The translations under genes and the position numbers were made by a program. From a virus (lineage: Duplodnaviria; Caudoviricetes), in the IMG/VR virus record IMGVR_UViG_3300032290_000281, positions 1 to 28,261 of that record: a DNA stretch of 28,261 bases; one strand, written 5' to 3'. Within the stretch, counting starts at the first letter, position 1. Each line of letters opens with the position of its first letter. The notes beneath the pieces are model-generated. The model was not told where the DNA came from, searched no databases, and was given only the letters and a program-made list of their open reading frames with translations. Of the stretch, positions 24,290 through 28,261 are shown piece after piece.

Positions 24290-24957
24290 AGTCGTTCAAT
24301 TAGTTCGTTATAGTATTCTCTTGCGTGTAACAGCTTTTCTTTAACCTTTTCAATGTCTTCGTCAAGTAAGGCTATTAAATACGCTCTAACACGCTTATTT
24401 TCGCTAATATGGCTAAATTCGTGTTTAGCTCTTACTTCGTTTTCGGTTTCTTCCGTGACATCAATCTCGAATTTCTTCCATGAGGTGCGTCTGATTTCAT
24501 CCTGTACTATTTCTTCTGGTGTATCTACTAGACAATAAACTACACGCGCTTTATATTTACCAGTTAGCCACATGTAACCTACTAACTGCCAATAGTAGTC
24601 TTTGTTAGATAGTTCATCTTCGAACCATGGGAAAGTGGTACCGTCCCAACTACATTTTATGTCTACAATTTCGTCTTCTAATACAAGGTCAGGCGTTCCT
24701 TTAATAAATTCGTTTTCAAAGTAGTCCGTGTTTTTGAGCGCAAACGGCAAATTTAGGACTTGTGACGCCATTTCTATAGCTAGGTCTTCCTGAGTGTTAC
24801 CCTTGTCAGTATAACGGCTAGAAAATTCCTTTTTAATTCCGAATTTTTCTTCTAATACTAGTTCTTTAAGATACGTTTTAGCGGTTTGAGACAAGACCTC
24901 CCCCTTTGATTTGGGGGAAGTCATTATCTTACCTAACGAGCTGCAGCGAATTTTCAT
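24286..24957 (-). CDS. YqaJ / lambda exonuclease-like 5'-3' exonuclease
   Basis: G...E..A, GTPD, DIKC, YYWQ..GYMWLTG; adjacent to ERF. Confidence 0.8.
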   Translation of the reverse strand: MKIRCSSLGKIMTSPKSKGEVLSQTAKTYLKELVLEEKFGIKKEFSSRYTDKGNTQEDLAIEMASQVLNLPFALKNTDYFENEFIKGTPDLVLEDEIVDIKCSWDGTTFPWFEDELSNKDYYWQLVGYMWLTGKYKARVVYCLVDTPEEIVQDEIRRTSWKKFEIDVTEETENEVRAKHEFSHISENKRVRAYLIALLDEDIEKVKEKLLHAREYYNELIERL

Positions 24958-25505
24958 AATAACAATAAGGCTTTAGTTTGTAGATCTGTTAATTGGTAAC
25001 CTGACAACGCCTTTTTAAACGCTTCTGGTGTCATTTCTTTATTAGCTATTTTAGTTAGTCCATTTTCAAAACGTTCCTGCGTTATAGTTGGTTTCGTGTT
25101 TTTAACCGTTGCGCTAATTTCGTTACCGTCGTCGTCAATGGCCTGTAGTGACATAAGAGACTGCAAAGACGCGCGGCGGTAGTATGTCGTAGCTCCTATA
25201 AGTTTTTGCGGGTCCAGGACTTCCGGAAGTTTAAGCGTTGACTTAACACATTCGCCGTTTTCAATGTCTATAATCATTGTTTCAACGCAACCGTCTACAA
25301 TAGGCTGTAATAGAAGTAAACCATGTTCTAATAAAATAGGTTCTACCGTTTCTAATAACGCGTTAATGTCAGCGTATGACTTCTTAAAATGGGGGTTGTT
25401 AGCGTTCTTAACTACCTTACCAATTTTCTGCTTTGCAGCGTGTAGCTTTGGGTAAAGACCCGCTACTTTTACCACTTCTTCAATGGTTTGTTCTGTTTTT
25501 TTCAT
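24954..25505 (-). CDS. ERF-family single-strand annealing protein
   Basis: K.A.NPHFK.SYAD, PIL..HGL...Q, PQ..G...TY.RR.SL, DDDGN. Confidence 0.85.
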   Translation of the reverse strand: MKKTEQTIEEVVKVAGLYPKLHAAKQKIGKVVKNANNPHFKKSYADINALLETVEPILLEHGLLLLQPIVDGCVETMIIDIENGECVKSTLKLPEVLDPQKLIGATTYYRRASLQSLMSLQAIDDDGNEISATVKNTKPTITQERFENGLTKIANKEMTPEAFKKALSGYQLTDLQTKALLLL

Positions 25506-25528
25506 CGTGTTTTGTTTTTATGTTTAGG

Positions 25529-25556
25529 CAAATATACGCTTTATTTTTAATACACA
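25529..25556 (-). promoter_or_regulatory. Bacteroidota-type promoter, early operon 2
   Basis: TGTGTATTAAAAATAAAGC-G-TATATTTG; shares 19 nt with the promoter at 2151-2180. Confidence 0.8.
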
Positions 25557-26068
25557 CTATCTTTTATCTTTTTTTTATACTTCGCGATCATTTCTTTTAA
25601 CTCTTCTTTGTCCCATTTCTTCGTGTCGTGGGCAAAACTTTCTAACCAGGCGTAACCGTCCCAACCTATTTTATTTATTAAGGCTTCGCGGTAGGCTATT
25701 AAGTTACCGTGTTTGTGTTGGTTGCAGGCCACACATTGCGCGTGTACGTTGTCCGGGTGGAACCTAACGGAAGAGTGTCCGCCTGCGCTCCAAAAATGGC
25801 CCGCGTCATACTTTGCGCCTAAATGTTTACCGCAACTTATGCAGGGTTGGTCTTTGTCGCGTAACCTTACCCACTTGTTAAATACCTGCTGCGCTAATTT
25901 AAGGTAGTCCGAAGTAGTTAGTAGATCTTCCTTTTGTTTTTTAACCTGGTCTTTTTTTATTTTGGCTAGGTTCTTTAACGCCTGGTCCGTCTTTTTACAC
26001 ACGTAGCAAAATTTATCTAGAGTTGAAAATGGTGTAAAATTTTCGCCGCACTTTTTACATGATTTCAT
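25547..26068 (-). CDS. ninG: NinG/Rap-family recombination endonuclease
   Basis: N-terminal CKKC, AQQVFNKWVRLRD...PCISCG...DAGHF...RFH.DN.HAQC..CN...GN..YR..LI.KIG. Confidence 0.9.
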   Translation of the reverse strand: MKSCKKCGENFTPFSTLDKFCYVCKKTDQALKNLAKIKKDQVKKQKEDLLTTSDYLKLAQQVFNKWVRLRDKDQPCISCGKHLGAKYDAGHFWSAGGHSSVRFHPDNVHAQCVACNQHKHGNLIAYREALINKIGWDGYAWLESFAHDTKKWDKEELKEMIAKYKKKIKDSVY

Positions 26069-26487
26069 TTCATTATTTCTTTAAATTTTTCAAGGTCTTC
26101 TTTTGAAACTCCAATACTCGTCAAGTCCGATTTGTCATAAATACCACTTTTAATTTTTTCAGCATAAAATACTGAGTGTATTTTGTGAAATGGCATCCCT
26201 TCTAAAATCATTTCTTTAATATGATTAGCTTCTTCAATGGTGTTAGACACGTGTTCTTGAATTGCCACATGACAAATTCTGCAAAGTAAAATTAAATTAT
26301 TTTCTTCATCTGTACCACCTTCACATTTTGCTAATAGGTGCGCACGTTCTAAATAATTACATTTATGTCCACAACCCCAACAATAATTTACACTAAAGTC
26401 TTCATCATGTTTTGCGTTCCAGTATTCAACTATTTTTGACTTGGTTGGCATGTTTCTTTTTTGGCTCATAAGTAAAAATTTATCCAT
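26065..26487 (-). CDS. HNH endonuclease
   Basis: CWGC...LERAH...GG.D..NNL.LLC..CH. Confidence 0.8.
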   Translation of the reverse strand: MDKFLLMSQKRNMPTKSKIVEYWNAKHDEDFSVNYCWGCGHKCNYLERAHLLAKCEGGTDEENNLILLCRICHVAIQEHVSNTIEEANHIKEMILEGMPFHKIHSVFYAEKIKSGIYDKSDLTSIGVSKEDLEKFKEIMK

Positions 26488-26738
26488 TCTAAAACCTCAT
26501 CATTAAAAGACCATTTCTTAGTGATCGTATAACTACCTTTTTTGCTTCCTGGTTCAAATGGTGCATCGAATTCGTCCTGTAGGAAACGGAAGTCTTTTTC
26601 TATTAAACTTTTACAATAAATGGTGTCCGTTTTTCGGTTAATTATTTTGTGCATCTGGCTAACTGTTCGTTCTTGCAGCTGTAATTCATTACAAATTATA
26701 GCCAAACGTCTCATTTTTTCTCTTCCTTTTAGGTTCAT
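26466..26738 (-). CDS. Winged-HTH protein resembling the N-terminal domain of WYL regulators
   Basis: R...I...LQ....T...M...I....S.IEKD..FL..EFDAP......G.Y. Confidence 0.55.
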   Translation of the reverse strand: MNLKGREKMRRLAIICNELQLQERTVSQMHKIINRKTDTIYCKSLIEKDFRFLQDEFDAPFEPGSKKGSYTITKKWSFNDEVLEWINFYL

Positions 26739-27016
26739 AACAATATTTTTAAGTCGTTTACTTGCTTTTTTAGCTCTAAATTTTCCGTGTGAATAGAGTA
26801 TATTTTTTTAATTACGGCGTCGTGGTCCGCAATTAGCCGCTGAAATACTAACTGCGCTTCTTTAAGTTCAATTAACCGCGCTTCCATAGGCGTAATAAGG
26901 TCTAACCTGGTGGGGTGGTTTCGCTTAATGTCTTCTACACTAAGTGCTATAGCTTTGTCTAACGTTCGAAGGTTAATCTGAGCCGTTAGAATATCTAGTT
27001 GTTTGTCTTTTGTCAT
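26735..27016 (-). CDS. Hypothetical coiled-coil protein
   Basis: 93 aa, heptad-like, downstream of the helicase. Confidence 0.65.
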   Translation of the reverse strand: MTKDKQLDILTAQINLRTLDKAIALSVEDIKRNHPTRLDLITPMEARLIELKEAQLVFQRLIADHDAVIKKIYSIHTENLELKKQVNDLKILL

Positions 27017-27018
27017 GG

Positions 27019-27900
27019 TTAAAATGGTAAGTCGTTCTTTGTAGATCTATTTCGTTTAATTGGGTCCACGCCATTAAATAAAAAACCTAGGCCGTAGTTA
27101 TAGTAAAATTGTAAAGGCCTGTTAGACATGGTTTGCGCCCCTCCGGTATCTTTGTCTTTAATTTTGTCAATGTCAATAAGCGTAAAAAATTGCATGCTTT
27201 CTAATTTTGTAAGGCGGTGAACGTTTACCCAGTCGTCGCACATGTTCGCGAAAAGTTTACCACCTTCGGCCATTGACTTGTTAGGTACCATAGGCTGACC
27301 TTCCCATTCATGGCCTATAGGGTATTCCATGCTTTTACGTCCTGTAGCTGTTACAGGGTGCATAGACAAATAGGCCGTCTTTTTGTTCAATTTACACCAA
27401 CGTTTCAAATAACGAATAAATTTTATATTGCTTTCGTAGTTCATGTCATGATCTAGTTGGTTAAAAGGGTCTATAAAATAGCCGTCTGCAGGTATTTGTT
27501 CAAACTCTTTAAGCAAATTTTCGGGTGTATATTGTAGCTTATTGTCTACGAAGAAAAAATAATCTTCCAGGTAGTCGCAAAATTCGTCTATTTCTGCATG
27601 CGTTAACTTTTTATAGGGTATACCTGCATACATTTGTATTAAGTCGCGTAGTACCTGGCCTTTAGAATTTTCATCTGTCCATACTCCCCACTTCAAACCA
27701 TGGTTAGTAGTTAGTGCTAACATGTACCAGGTCATAAAATACGTTTTACCGACGTTGTCACCGCCTAAAATTCCTACGTACTGACCGTATTTAAACCTTA
27801 GTGAATTGTCAAACTCGCAATTTATACCTAGACCCTGCGCAATTTTACCGTCTTTATAGTCATGTAGGTAGTCTTTTGCGCTTCCTTTACTTAATACCAT
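27019..27900 (-). CDS. DnaB-like (SF4) replicative helicase
   Basis: Walker A GGDNVGKT, conserved EN, Walker B FIDP, H3 SMHP, K.K near the C-terminus; follows the initiator. Confidence 0.8.
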   Translation of the reverse strand: MVLSKGSAKDYLHDYKDGKIAQGLGINCEFDNSLRFKYGQYVGILGGDNVGKTYFMTWYMLALTTNHGLKWGVWTDENSKGQVLRDLIQMYAGIPYKKLTHAEIDEFCDYLEDYFFFVDNKLQYTPENLLKEFEQIPADGYFIDPFNQLDHDMNYESNIKFIRYLKRWCKLNKKTAYLSMHPVTATGRKSMEYPIGHEWEGQPMVPNKSMAEGGKLFANMCDDWVNVHRLTKLESMQFFTLIDIDKIKDKDTGGAQTMSNRPLQFYYNYGLGFLFNGVDPIKRNRSTKNDLPF

Positions 27901-28261
27901 ACATTTTAAATTGTCGTTCCATTTCTAAAACTAAAGGGTCCGTAGCTTGTTTCGTTTCTTTAGGTAGGTATGGTAACGTGTTATTTAACGTAGTCTTCCA
28001 ATTTTTAATTTTACGGGTTTTACCGTTGACATTTACGCTCCATTCGTTACTGCTCCATGAGTGGTATTTAAGTCTTAACGCGTCGTTAGAAACTTCCGGT
28101 AGTTGTGCTAAACCATACGCCACAAACTCGTCTAGAGTTGGTATATTAGTATTGTTATTGTTATTGTTATTGTTATTAGCTTCGGTTTCGCTTACTTCTT
28201 GCTTCGGTTTTGCTTCGGTTTCGCTTACGTTTTGCTTCTGTTTAGGTTTACTTCCGTTTAA
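27887..28261 (-). CDS. Phage replication initiator, C-terminal part (track ORF 27887..28123 is only the 3' end)
   Basis: PTLDEFVAY...YHSWSSNEW...KIKNWKTTLNN resembles the C-terminal domain of phage replisome organisers and is in frame with 1..330. Confidence 0.8.
   Translation of the reverse strand, partial: LNGSKPKQKQNVSETEAKPKQEVSETEANNNNNNNNNTNIPTLDEFVAYGLAQLPEVSNDALRLKYHSWSSNEWSVNVNGKTRKIKNWKTTLNNTLPYLPKETKQATDPLVLEMERQFKMYGIK
28139..28261. repeat. Terminal direct repeat, second copy
   Basis: Identical to 1..123. Confidence 0.95.

Noticed and set aside
14-25907. Plus-strand track ORFs such as 14..208, 782..997, 2885..3160, 7425..7736, 12145..12450, 23386..23574 and 25713..25907, and minus-strand 6505..6723, 13317..13541 and 14024..14215
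   Set aside because: They are antisense or alternate-frame shadows of well-supported genes, without motifs or promoters.
1-28261. Stop-codon reassignment, suggested by abundant TAG/CTA words
   Set aside because: Core genes are full-length and tightly packed under the standard code, and TAG, TGA and TAA all terminate genes (e.g. TAG at 335, 2380 and 14723).
1-28261. Integrase/att site, tRNA genes
   Set aside because: No tyrosine or serine recombinase motifs in any ORF and no cloverleaf seen in the short intergenic regions; lifestyle cannot be settled from this alone.

Overview
The window is an apparently complete circular genome (28,138 bp plus a 123-nt end overlap, 1..123 = 28139..28261) of a small tailed phage with siphovirus-like structural genes. 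The host is most likely Bacteroidota, inferred from TAnnTTTG promoters, A-rich translation starts without Shine-Dalgarno motifs, and the gene families present. Nearly all genes are on the minus strand. They form an early/replication operon (small proteins, a DnaA domain IV-like protein, an initiator split by the junction with internal iterons, an SF4 helicase, HNH, NinG), a recombination operon (ERF, YqaJ-like exonuclease, SSB-like protein, HTH), a middle operon with an ECF-like sigma factor and terminase, shuffled structural modules, and a lysis cassette (holin, u-spanin, GH108 endolysin) followed by a DEDD exonuclease. I recognised no integrase, polymerase, tRNA, CRISPR or reverse transcriptase. 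The main unexplained signals are: (1) a ~60-nt promoter-to-terminator unit (2308-2368) whose U-rich 5' part is complementary to the translation starts of the first genes of both early operons, a candidate trans-acting antisense RNA switch; (2) a four-copy TAACCAA-N13-TACTT late promoter motif that probably pairs with the phage sigma; (3) GATC sites that are scarce, context-biased and evenly spaced; (4) a stand-alone WYL-regulator-type wHTH; and (5) a tail-terminator-like protein fused to a DUF1566/C-type-lectin-like domain. All family calls and counts were made by eye, without searches.
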